Below are positions 19,513 through 27,924 of a stretch of DNA of 64,000 nucleotides, piece by piece. The notes under the pieces were generated by a model. The model worked only from the letters and a program-made list of their open reading frames with translations, had not been told where the DNA came from and made no database searches. A program made the translations under genes and the position numbers. The stretch's first letter is position 1. Every line of letters begins with the position of its first letter. The stretch lies in the NCBI GenBank assembly GCA_017540175.1, contig JAFYBN010000031.1:7481-71480 (forward strand). The letters run 5' to 3'. This stretch comes from Clostridia bacterium. Its GTDB lineage: Bacteria; Bacillota; Clostridia; Oscillospirales; CAG-272.

Positions 19513-21228
19513 TCATTCCGCAGAGGTGTAGCGATAACACAGTCTTCCGGCGGGCGCGCAGTTGCCGTGGAGATAGAAGTCCTCCGCCGTGCCGTCGTCC
19601 TCGACGCCGTCCGCCCACTTGAAATCGAACGAAACGGCTCCGGGTCTCAGCCCGAGCGCTTCCCTGCTGACCGTATAGAAGATCATGGCTCCCCGGACTG
19701 CGACCTCTGCCCGTCCCACGATGGTTTTTTGTTTGTTGAGGTATTTCGTCACCGCGCCGTCCGGTGTGAGGATGTAGGTTTCGGTGCGCCAGGGCGCGAG
19801 GACGCTTCCGTACTGCTTCTGCCCGGTCGGGACGATGTAGAGACGCATCCAGTTCCCCTCCGGTTTGATTGCCTCCCTTGCCGCCGCGGACAAGACGAAA
19901 TCCTCCCCCTGTCTGCGCACGGTCATCGTCAAAATGTCGTTCGCGCTTCCCTTTTCCCGGTAGACCGCCGTTCCGTATCCGCGGCAGTCGCGCGGCAGGT
20001 TCCCAAAGGGGAAATCCCGGTAAAAGAGCCCTTCCCCGTCGTCGGACGGGTCCGGCTCGGCGCCCTTGTAGCGGCGGACGTATTCGACGAGCTGCATGTA
20101 GTAATTGTCGGAATACCCGCCCTTCATTGGCTCGATGTCCCGGCTGTACTCGAGGGAGCAGCAGTCGCACATGACCCCTCTTTTCTCCGGGATCGCCGCC
20201 CGCGTATAAGTGCTCGTGCCTTCCTCGTTCGTCAGCACGGTGGTCGACGGCGAGGTGCGGTCAAAGGTCCAGCGCCCCGCGATCCACTCGTTCCATCCGG
20301 TGACGAAGACCATTTTCGGGTCGATCTTCAAGGCGTATTCCCACTGCTCGGCGAAATTGAAGCCGTATTCCCACGCGTTTTCGCGGATATCCTTCCCGCC
20401 GTTGTGCCAGCTCCTGCCCCACGCGCCGTACTCGCCGTAGAAGGCGGAGTCGCTGTGGGCGCAGTTGGGGTGCTGGGCGACGGAGACGTTCATGATCTCG
20501 GGCTGCCCGTCCGCTTCGCGGTACACGCGCTGGGGACGGATGAATTCCATCCACGGGAAGCCGCCCGGGTGCACGGGATCAAACGGCCACTGCGAGACGC
20601 GGTGGGTGAAAAAGTCCCGCACCTCGGGGCGGCATTCGTCCGGCTTGTCGATGACAAGGGGCTTTCCGTCGAGCAGGAACCACGATTCGGGATAGAGGTT
20701 TTTCGAATAAATGCGGTCGTACAGCTCGTTCACCGTCGCGCCGGAGTCGGTGTTGGTATAGAACGCGACCTTCGGGACGCGATACCCCGCCTTCGCGTAT
20801 TCCGCGATGATCCCCATGATCTTCGTCGCGTTCTCGAAATAGATGACGCGGTTGGTCGTGTCGAAGACGAGGAAATCCACGTCCGCGAACGCGAGCAGCT
20901 CGATGTGGCGGCGGATGACCCATTCGTCGCGCGTGAAATAATATCCGTAAAGCGGCTCGCCCCAGTGGTGCATCGTGCCGTTCAGGCTGCCCCACGCGGG
21001 GTGGTTCATGTCCGTCGCCGCCGTGGGGTCCTCCGCGAGGACCCGGCTCACGTCCCACGGACCGTCCGTGCCGTTCTGCTCGAGCCAGAGAAAATAGAAG
21101 ATCCCGACAAGGCGGTCACGCCTGCCCTCCCCTTCGCCCGACGGGATGACCCGTCCGAGCCTGTCCGCGCCATACACGGCGTTCATGCCGACCTCTTTCA
21201 TGGGATGTTCGCTGTACAAGGATTTCAT
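19513..21228 (-). CDS. hypothetical glycoside hydrolase (GH71/GH99-like TIM barrel)
   Basis: VGIFYFLW, HHWGEP..GYY, VDFLVFDTTN, DGKPL, VTGWNEW, YSRDIEP. GGAGG RBS at 21228; alternative start 21255. Confidence 0.7.
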   Translation of the reverse strand: MKSLYSEHPMKEVGMNAVYGADRLGRVIPSGEGEGRRDRLVGIFYFLWLEQNGTDGPWDVSRVLAEDPTAATDMNHPAWGSLNGTMHHWGEPLYGYYFTRDEWVIRRHIELLAFADVDFLVFDTTNRVIYFENATKIMGIIAEYAKAGYRVPKVAFYTNTDSGATVNELYDRIYSKNLYPESWFLLDGKPLVIDKPDECRPEVRDFFTHRVSQWPFDPVHPGGFPWMEFIRPQRVYREADGQPEIMNVSVAQHPNCAHSDSAFYGEYGAWGRSWHNGGKDIRENAWEYGFNFAEQWEYALKIDPKMVFVTGWNEWIAGRWTFDRTSPSTTVLTNEEGTSTYTRAAIPEKRGVMCDCCSLEYSRDIEPMKGGYSDNYYMQLVEYVRRYKGAEPDPSDDGEGLFYRDFPFGNLPRDCRGYGTAVYREKGSANDILTMTVRRQGEDFVLSAAAREAIKPEGNWMRLYIVPTGQKQYGSVLAPWRTETYILTPDGAVTKYLNKQKTIVGRAEVAVRGAMIFYTVSREALGLRPGAVSFDFKWADGVEDDGTAEDFYLHGNCAPAGRLCYRYTSAE

Positions 21229-21281
21229 CCGATGTCCTCCGTTTTCCATTGTCATGTGTTCCCCTTCCCCCTTCAGGCCGT

Positions 21282-22580
21282 TCAGCCGTAAACCGCGAGG
21301 TCGCGGATCGCCGCGCCGCCCGCGTCCTTCGTGATCTCGAGCGAGAGCTCCCGTACTCCGTTCAGATCGAGCGGGACGATGCGCTTGTGACCCACGCACT
21401 CGCTTTCATAGATCGACCTGCCGTCCGCCGTGATGCGGAAGCCGCGGATCTTCTGCCCGTCCGAAATGTCCTCCCGGATCACAACGTACTTTCCCGCCGC
21501 GCCTTCCGGAAGCGCGAGCGAGGTTCGTCCGTCGGTCAGCGCGGGGCCTTCGGCATAGGCGACGGGAGTTGAGAAGGTCTCGCGGATGAGCTTTCCGAAG
21601 GCGCGGAACTGTTCCTCGTCCTGAAAATCTCCGTCCGCGCTGATCGCCATGCCGAGCAGCAGATTGGAGTTGCGCCCCACCGAGCGGATGTAGCAGTCAA
21701 GGAGCTGTTCGGGGGTGAAGCACAGGTGCTCTTCGCCCGCTCTCCACGCCCAGCCGCCGCCGAACGCCGCGTGGGTGCGGTTCGGCATATCGGTTTCCGC
21801 GGGCCAGTAGTATTTCCCGTCCGGGTCGCCGACGCCCGCTTTCTCTTCCGGAGCGGTGCCGTCGTACCGGGCCTCCCCGGCGTTCGTCGTCGCCCAGCAG
21901 TTTTCCGGCGCGAGCCCGTCCTCGTTGCCCACCCAGCGGATGTTGTGCTCGTAGTCCCGCGGTCCCTGGAAGCAGATCGCGCGGGGCTGATATTTTCTCA
22001 GGATGGGCGTAAGGTCGGGTCCGCCCATCTCCGGCGGAACGATGCCGCCGTCGAACCAGATCTCAAAGAGCTCGCCGTATTCGGTCCAGAGCTCCGTCAC
22101 CTGCGCCTCCACGTTTTTGACGTATTCCTGATAGTACGGCGAACGGTAATCCCACCTCAGGCCGTCGTCGATGCCGTAATACCCGTTGCAGCCAGTGGAG
22201 TAGTAAAAGCCCGGCTTCAGCCCGTACGCGCGGCAAGCCTCGATGAATTCCCGGCAGATGTCCCCGCCGCCCCCGCGCCAGTCCGTCGACGCGATGGAAA
22301 AATCGTTGACCTTCGTGTTCCAAAGGGAAAAGCCCGTGCAGTGATTCGCGACGAGCACGGCGTACTTTGCCCCGAGCTGTGCGGCGCTTCTCACCCACTG
22401 CGCCGGCTCGAGCTTCTTCGGATGAATGCTCTGCGGCGGGATCTCTTCCCGGACGCGCTTCGTTTTATACCATGTCCCCGTCAGCTCCGGGCGGTAGATC
22501 TCAAGGCAATAGTGGATCAGGACGCCGAGCTCCATGTCCTGCCACACAAGCTGTTCGGCGGTCGGTTTTGCGACGTGCAT
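21282..22580 (-). CDS. alpha-L-fucosidase (GH29)
   Basis: PTAEQLVWQDME, H..GFSLW.T, EIWFDG, RWVGNEDG, SVGRNSNLLL. Confidence 0.9.
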   Translation of the reverse strand: MHVAKPTAEQLVWQDMELGVLIHYCLEIYRPELTGTWYKTKRVREEIPPQSIHPKKLEPAQWVRSAAQLGAKYAVLVANHCTGFSLWNTKVNDFSIASTDWRGGGGDICREFIEACRAYGLKPGFYYSTGCNGYYGIDDGLRWDYRSPYYQEYVKNVEAQVTELWTEYGELFEIWFDGGIVPPEMGGPDLTPILRKYQPRAICFQGPRDYEHNIRWVGNEDGLAPENCWATTNAGEARYDGTAPEEKAGVGDPDGKYYWPAETDMPNRTHAAFGGGWAWRAGEEHLCFTPEQLLDCYIRSVGRNSNLLLGMAISADGDFQDEEQFRAFGKLIRETFSTPVAYAEGPALTDGRTSLALPEGAAGKYVVIREDISDGQKIRGFRITADGRSIYESECVGHKRIVPLDLNGVRELSLEITKDAGGAAIRDLAVYG

Positions 22581-22592
22581 GTTTGTCCTCCC

Positions 22593-23431
22593 TCAAATGT
22601 CGTTTACTTTTCCGTCAAGCGTGGTCATGTCCGCCCGGAGCTTTTTCGCCGCCCCGAGCAGTCTTGTGAGAATGGCGTCCCGCTCGTCGTCCGGCGCGTC
22701 GAGGCTCTGGTGATGCGCCTCGAGCACGCAGTCGCCCGCGTAGCCGACCGCGGCGAGCGCTCCGACCACTTCGTCAAAATCCACCGTTCCTTCTCCGGGG
22801 ATGAGGTGCTCGTCCCCGCCGCCGTGATTGTCCTGCAGGTGCAGGGACGAGGGCGGCACGGCGCAGGAGCGCAGAACGTCCGGCCGATAGGCGAAGAGTT
22901 CGCGTGTCCCGTGTCAAAGCACCACCCGAACTGCTCCGAGCCGACCGCTGCGGCAAGCTCCGCAATGATGCGCGGGTCCTTTGACGCGCCCCAGAGCAGG
23001 TTTTCCGAAAGGATCACGACTCCCGCGTCCTTTGCCGTCGCGAGCCAAGGCTTCACGGCGTCGGCGTTGACGCGGATGAAGCGGTCACGGTCCTCGATGA
23101 TCTCGCCGTTTTCCCGCCAGATCGGGTGCAGCACCATAAAGCCCGCCCCCAGCGCCCCCGCCGTCTCGATCGAACGCGCGGTCAGTCTCCCGTCGGTTTC
23201 TCCGGGGGCATGGGAATGCGTATAGGGGATGCCGAGTCCCTCCGCCAGCTTCCGCAGGCTCTCGGCCCATGCGAGATAGGTGTCGGACAGGAAGGGCGAG
23301 CCGTCCCCCGTCCAGTAATCGAGCGCCATGTCCAGCGCCTCATATCCGAGCGTCGCCAGCCGCTTAGCGGCTTTTTCGGCGGGATAGCCCGGGTCAAATA
23401 CGGCTGTTGTCGTTACAATGCGTCGTTTCAT
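22593..23431 (-). pseudogene. sugar-phosphate isomerase/epimerase (xylose-isomerase-like TIM barrel), single-base frameshift near 22897
   Basis: N-part (SHAP, HP, EN, FDTGHAN) and C-part (LHLQDNHG..DEHLIPGEGTVDF..GY.G..LEAH) are in different frames; only 2 nt (tc) lie between the Asn and Phe codons. Could be a sequencing error. Confidence 0.8.
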
Positions 23432-23533
23432 AGTTGTCCTTTCCTGCGGGGCTGCGGGCAAGCCGGGCGCCGATTTCGTTCTGCGGAAAACCCGGGACAG
23501 GTGCGGTCCGCGCCCCGTTCCCGGGTCTTTTCG

Positions 23534-25018
23534 TTATTGCTGAGCTTCGTTGCTCTTTTCGTACGCTTCGACGATTTTTTGCAGCATCTTCGCCATGGGC
23601 TTGAATGCGCGGGTGGTGTAGGACGCGATGTCCGTGGATTTCTGTACCAGAAGATCGCGCACAAACTGCACGCCTGCCTGATCGTACATGTGGGAATAGC
23701 CGAGGTCGAAGACGCGGCACGCCATCACGAGGTCCATCATGCGGGTAGATTCCGGGTCGCGTGAGGATTTCGCCTTCGCCGTGACCTCAAAGAGCGCGTC
23801 GTAAACATGGCGGTAGGATTCCGCCGCGATGCCCTCGAGCAGAATGCCCGTTCGCTCGGGGTTCGGGCAGACCGAGGGGACGACGAGCATTGCCACCGCG
23901 CCGTTGACGAAGCTCATGTAGCGCTCCTGAAGCTCGTTGTATTTCGGCATCGGGAGCACGCCGTAGTCGTCCTCCATGTCGCGGAAGCGGTCGTCTCTCA
24001 GATGGAGCAGCGACGCTTCGACGAAGAACGCGCGTCCCTGCGTGAAGACCTCATAGGAGTTCGTATAGGTGCCGATATCCGTGTGATAGTTGGAATTGTT
24101 GTCGATGACGATCTTGTAGATCTTGTCGTAGATCGCGGAGTTGAGCTCAAGATTGTCGTTCAGGATCGGGACGCCGTCGGCGTCCTTCGTGACGATTCTG
24201 CCGCCCGCTCCGTAATAGAAGGAATACGGGCTGTCGAGGTACCACTGGGTGAGGCCCCAGAAGTCGTCCATTTCCTTGATCACGCCGTCTCCGTTGAGAT
24301 CGCGCGTCGTGTCCTTCGTGAGCTCGTACAGGGCGTCCAGCGTCCAGGTTCCCTCGTCCACCATGCCGTAGGGATATTCCATGCCGCTTTCCGTAAAGCG
24401 GTTCTTGTTGAACAGCATGCAGGACGAGCGCAGCATCGCCTTCGGGAGCATCATGCCGCAGAGCAGCTTCATGTGACCCGCGACGGTGAACGCGTCCACG
24501 CAGTCGGTGTCCCACCACGGCTTCGTCGGGTCGACCGCGTCAAGCAGGTCAAGGGAGTAGAAGAAGCCTCCCTGCGCCGCCCCCGCCGCGGACACCATGT
24601 GGAGCATTCCGCAATCGTAATCGTCCAGCCCGGCGTTGACGGCGCGCTTGACCGCTTCGGTCGCCTGCCCGTAATCGTCGAACTGCGCCGCCGCGAGCGC
24701 GATGTCAAAGCGCTCCTCGACGGCCTTGTCGCGCTCAAACAGCGCGTCGTTCAGCGCCTCGCCCGTGATCTCCTCCACCGCGATGCCCTCGCTGAAGGTC
24801 ACGGCTGTGAAGGTATATCCCTCATACTTGACGTCGGGAAGATTGTCGGAAAGCTCGGTTTCCTCCGGCTCGGTCTCCTCCGGCTCCGCCGCGCCGGGCT
24901 GCGGCGCGTTCCCCGTCCCGTCGTCCTGGACGTCGCTGTTTTCGCCGGATTCGCTGCACGCCGCGAAAGGCAGGACGAACAGCAGAAGGGCAAGAAACAG
25001 ACAGAGAATTCTTTTCAT
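23534..25018 (-). CDS. extracellular solute-binding lipoprotein (carbohydrate ABC type)
   Basis: Lipobox FAAC, acidic linker, KPWWD, FNK, EGTWTLD, DLNGDG, YGVLPMPK. Confidence 0.88.
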   Translation of the reverse strand: MKRILCLFLALLLFVLPFAACSESGENSDVQDDGTGNAPQPGAAEPEETEPEETELSDNLPDVKYEGYTFTAVTFSEGIAVEEITGEALNDALFERDKAVEERFDIALAAAQFDDYGQATEAVKRAVNAGLDDYDCGMLHMVSAAGAAQGGFFYSLDLLDAVDPTKPWWDTDCVDAFTVAGHMKLLCGMMLPKAMLRSSCMLFNKNRFTESGMEYPYGMVDEGTWTLDALYELTKDTTRDLNGDGVIKEMDDFWGLTQWYLDSPYSFYYGAGGRIVTKDADGVPILNDNLELNSAIYDKIYKIVIDNNSNYHTDIGTYTNSYEVFTQGRAFFVEASLLHLRDDRFRDMEDDYGVLPMPKYNELQERYMSFVNGAVAMLVVPSVCPNPERTGILLEGIAAESYRHVYDALFEVTAKAKSSRDPESTRMMDLVMACRVFDLGYSHMYDQAGVQFVRDLLVQKSTDIASYTTRAFKPMAKMLQKIVEAYEKSNEAQQ

Positions 25019-25055
25019 GGCAGTCCTCCTCAATTTCTTTTATTCTTCGAACGTT

Positions 25056-26159
25056 TTATTCTTCGAGAAACACTCTCCGCACCGCTTCGAGATAGCCGTA
25101 GCCGTACACGTCGTCCGGTTCGAGATAGCTCATTTCGGTCCATTCGTTCCACGAGTTGATCGTGACAAGCGGCACGGCGCAGTACCGGTCGACAAAGTCC
25201 TTCGCCATCCTCAGACCCTTTTCGAAGTTTTCCGGGGTATTGTTCTTCATGATCGGCAGGGTGAGGAAGTGATGCCGGGGGTTGTTGTCCCAACCGACGG
25301 TGACGTGGGGGTAATAGGGAACCTTGTAATCCCGGCGGATGCGGTCCCATTCCTTTTCCACGTCGGGCAGGATCTCGAGGTAATCCCGGTTGCAGTCCGT
25401 GAAGTGGACGAACTGATAATGGGTGACGGAATCGAAGCCGAGCAGATCCACAAGATCCTTTGTAGAGCCCGAATGCCCGCCGTCCACGCCGCTGACGTCC
25501 ACGGCACCCTCGCCGTAGATCGTCGCCTGCAGATGCAGTCCGGGGAAGCCCGCTTCCTTCACGAGGGAGCGGAACGCCTCCAGCGCTTCTCTCGTTTTTT
25601 CGATGCCGCCCAGCCCGCGCACGAGATTTGACATCTCGTAGATCATGAACACCGGGCAGCCGTCGATCTTATAGTAATTCGGCCGTTTGAAATAGAGGTC
25701 GATCACGCGGCGGCACACGCGGTCGAATTCCTCCCGCGGCTGCGAGCCGAGCCAAATCGTCCCGTCCCTGCCGGACTGCCGTTTGTCCCAGGTATAGCCC
25801 GCGTCGTGGTTCGCCCACATGAGGTAGAAGCTCATGTCCCCGTTGTTCGGCGCACCGAGGAATCCCTCGTCGAGGCACTGTTCGAGAAAAGGTCTGCGGT
25901 CATACCAGTACCAGTCGTAAATGAAGACGTTTACGCCGTGGCGCAACGCCTCCTTGATCTGGAACTCCATCACGGCGGGGTCCGCCTCGTCGACCGTTCC
26001 CCAAAGGGGCGTGCGGGGGAGGATCTGTCCCTCGATGCGGCTTTGTGCGCTGAGAACGGACTGCCATTCTCCTATTCCCTTTTCCCAGAACTGATAGGTT
26101 CGCGGCTCCCTGCCCGTATAGGACGGCCAGATATAGGCGGCGACGTCATACTTCTTCAT
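25056..26159 (-). CDS. GH99-like / WbsX-family protein
   Basis: VAAYIWP, GVNVFIYDWYW, LMWANH, YYKIDG.PVF, GWDNNPR, NSWNEWTE..YLEPD. Confidence 0.85.
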   Translation of the reverse strand: MKKYDVAAYIWPSYTGREPRTYQFWEKGIGEWQSVLSAQSRIEGQILPRTPLWGTVDEADPAVMEFQIKEALRHGVNVFIYDWYWYDRRPFLEQCLDEGFLGAPNNGDMSFYLMWANHDAGYTWDKRQSGRDGTIWLGSQPREEFDRVCRRVIDLYFKRPNYYKIDGCPVFMIYEMSNLVRGLGGIEKTREALEAFRSLVKEAGFPGLHLQATIYGEGAVDVSGVDGGHSGSTKDLVDLLGFDSVTHYQFVHFTDCNRDYLEILPDVEKEWDRIRRDYKVPYYPHVTVGWDNNPRHHFLTLPIMKNNTPENFEKGLRMAKDFVDRYCAVPLVTINSWNEWTEMSYLEPDDVYGYGYLEAVRRVFLEE

Positions 26160-26191
26160 TGTCAGGCTCCTTTCAGACAGCGTGCCGGGCG

Positions 26192-27694
26192 TCAGCCCTG
26201 CGCGATATGTTCTTCGATCTCTTTCGTGATCTTTTCGGTCATCTTCGAGAACAGCTTTTCAACCTTTTTCGCCGAGGAGGCATAAGTCCCTTCGTTGATG
26301 ACGGCGCTCAGATACGCGTCGAGCACGCTGTGCAGGGAGAACGCCTCGCAGAGGTCGAAGCAGCGGTTCTTCATCATCAGGCGGACCATTTCGGCGGACT
26401 TCTGGTCGCGCATGCCCTTGCCGATGACGGTGGTTTCAAGATAGACGTTCAGCGTGTCACTCAGCGTGTACGCGCCCATCGCCTCGAGGAAGGAGCCGAT
26501 CTCGGCGAAGTCCTGTACGCCGTCGCCGTTGTCGTCGCCGACCACGAGGGGCAGGAAAAGCGTCGTCGGGTTCTTCACAAAGTAAGCACAGTCCTCGTTC
26601 TCTTCCGCATAGCGCGGGAAGCACACGACGCCGTAATCGTCCTCGACCTCGCGGAGCTGGCGGAAGTCGCCGAGCAGGCGGGAGTAATAGAGCGAACGCC
26701 CGTCGGAGAACGCGATGCGCCCGGCGTCATAGTCCGAATAATCCACGGCGGGGTTGTTCTTGTTGTAGATCTTGCCGATGGCTTCGGATACGGCGAGGAA
26801 GTTGTCGTCCATCATGTGGAGCATGAATTTCTCTTCCGCGTTGTCCCATGTCACGAGCTGGACGCCGGAGCCGTACTGGAAGGGCTGGAACCAATACTCG
26901 CGCCCCGTCAGCCCGAGCACGTCGTCCTTCATCGTATACTTGCCGTCGCCGTTGACGTCGGTGAGCACGGCGTCAAGCTGCTCGGAGAATTTGTCGATCG
27001 TCCATTTCCCTTCGAGAACGAGCTCCTGCGGGTCCTCGATGTGGTAGTTGTTCAGCAGCGCGCCGTTGTAGAACAGCACGGCGAGAGAGTCGTAATGGTC
27101 GAAGCCGAAATCCACGAAGCCGAAGTACATCTGCCCGAGGATCTTCAGGTACCGCTGCGCGCCCTGATCCCAGTAGGGCTGGGTCATGTCAATGTTGTCA
27201 AGCTCGTTGAACGGCGTGAGGTAGCCCTTCTGAACCAGATTGCCGCCGCCGCTGATCAGGGAGTAGACAAAGTCCACGTCGCCCATGCCGGAATACACGG
27301 ACTGTTCGAGCTGACCGGACGGGTTGCCGTAGGTGACGACGAATTTGCAGTTGAGGGCATCCTCCACACCGCGGTTGCGGGTGTACATCGCGTCCTTCAG
27401 ACCGTCGCCCGAGGTCTCTTCCCAGTCAAGCACGTTGTAGAAGTTGGAATCGAAATAATCGGTACCCGCGTTCATCTCGATGCCGCCGAGGTCGGGCTTC
27501 GCGACGGCTTCCCAGTAGGTTGTTTCCTCCTCCGGTGCCTCGCCGCCTTCCGCGCTCGGCGTCGCCGCGGCTCCCTCTTCCTTCGGGGTGTCTGAATCGG
27601 CGTTTTTGCTTTCACCGCACGCCGCAAAGATCCCGGTCAACAGGACGAGGGCAAGAAACAGAGCAAGCGCACGCTTCAGGTTGTGCTTTTTCAT
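26192..27694 (-). CDS. extracellular solute-binding lipoprotein
   Basis: Lipobox FAAC, QPYWD, LVLEGKWTID, DVNGDG, YGVVCFPRY; GAGGAG RBS. Confidence 0.88.
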   Translation of the reverse strand: MKKHNLKRALALFLALVLLTGIFAACGESKNADSDTPKEEGAAATPSAEGGEAPEEETTYWEAVAKPDLGGIEMNAGTDYFDSNFYNVLDWEETSGDGLKDAMYTRNRGVEDALNCKFVVTYGNPSGQLEQSVYSGMGDVDFVYSLISGGGNLVQKGYLTPFNELDNIDMTQPYWDQGAQRYLKILGQMYFGFVDFGFDHYDSLAVLFYNGALLNNYHIEDPQELVLEGKWTIDKFSEQLDAVLTDVNGDGKYTMKDDVLGLTGREYWFQPFQYGSGVQLVTWDNAEEKFMLHMMDDNFLAVSEAIGKIYNKNNPAVDYSDYDAGRIAFSDGRSLYYSRLLGDFRQLREVEDDYGVVCFPRYAEENEDCAYFVKNPTTLFLPLVVGDDNGDGVQDFAEIGSFLEAMGAYTLSDTLNVYLETTVIGKGMRDQKSAEMVRLMMKNRCFDLCEAFSLHSVLDAYLSAVINEGTYASSAKKVEKLFSKMTEKITKEIEEHIAQG

Positions 27695-27754
27695 GACATG
27701 GTTCTCCTCTTCCGTGGAATACCGCCGTTCCTGTTTTCCGGCAGTTCTGCTTTC

Positions 27755-27783
27755 ATTATATTGTAAACTGCACAAAAAAGCAA
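27755..27783 (-). promoter_or_regulatory. sigmaA promoter for the glycan-utilisation cluster
   Basis: TTGCTT, 17 bp, TATAAT on the minus strand. Confidence 0.75.
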
Positions 27784-27867
27784 GTAGAAATGAGAAATTT
27801 CCGTTAAAACAGGACGGATAAAATCGGATTCGGTAAAGACTTGACAATATCCGCAAAGCAGAATCAT

Positions 27868-27894
27868 AAAGCCGCGCGCCTTGCGGCGCGCGGC
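27868..27894 (-). terminator. terminator of the SLH gene
   Basis: Perfect 10-bp stem gccgcgcgcc-ttgc-ggcgcgcggc with a short T run on the minus strand. Confidence 0.65.
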
Positions 27895-27924
27895 GGGATG
27901 ATCGTTCGTATTCGGTTTTTCGCG

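Noticed and set aside
27841-27870. TTGACA as an antisense promoter into the SLH gene
   Set aside because: No convincing -10 at 16-18 bp spacing.
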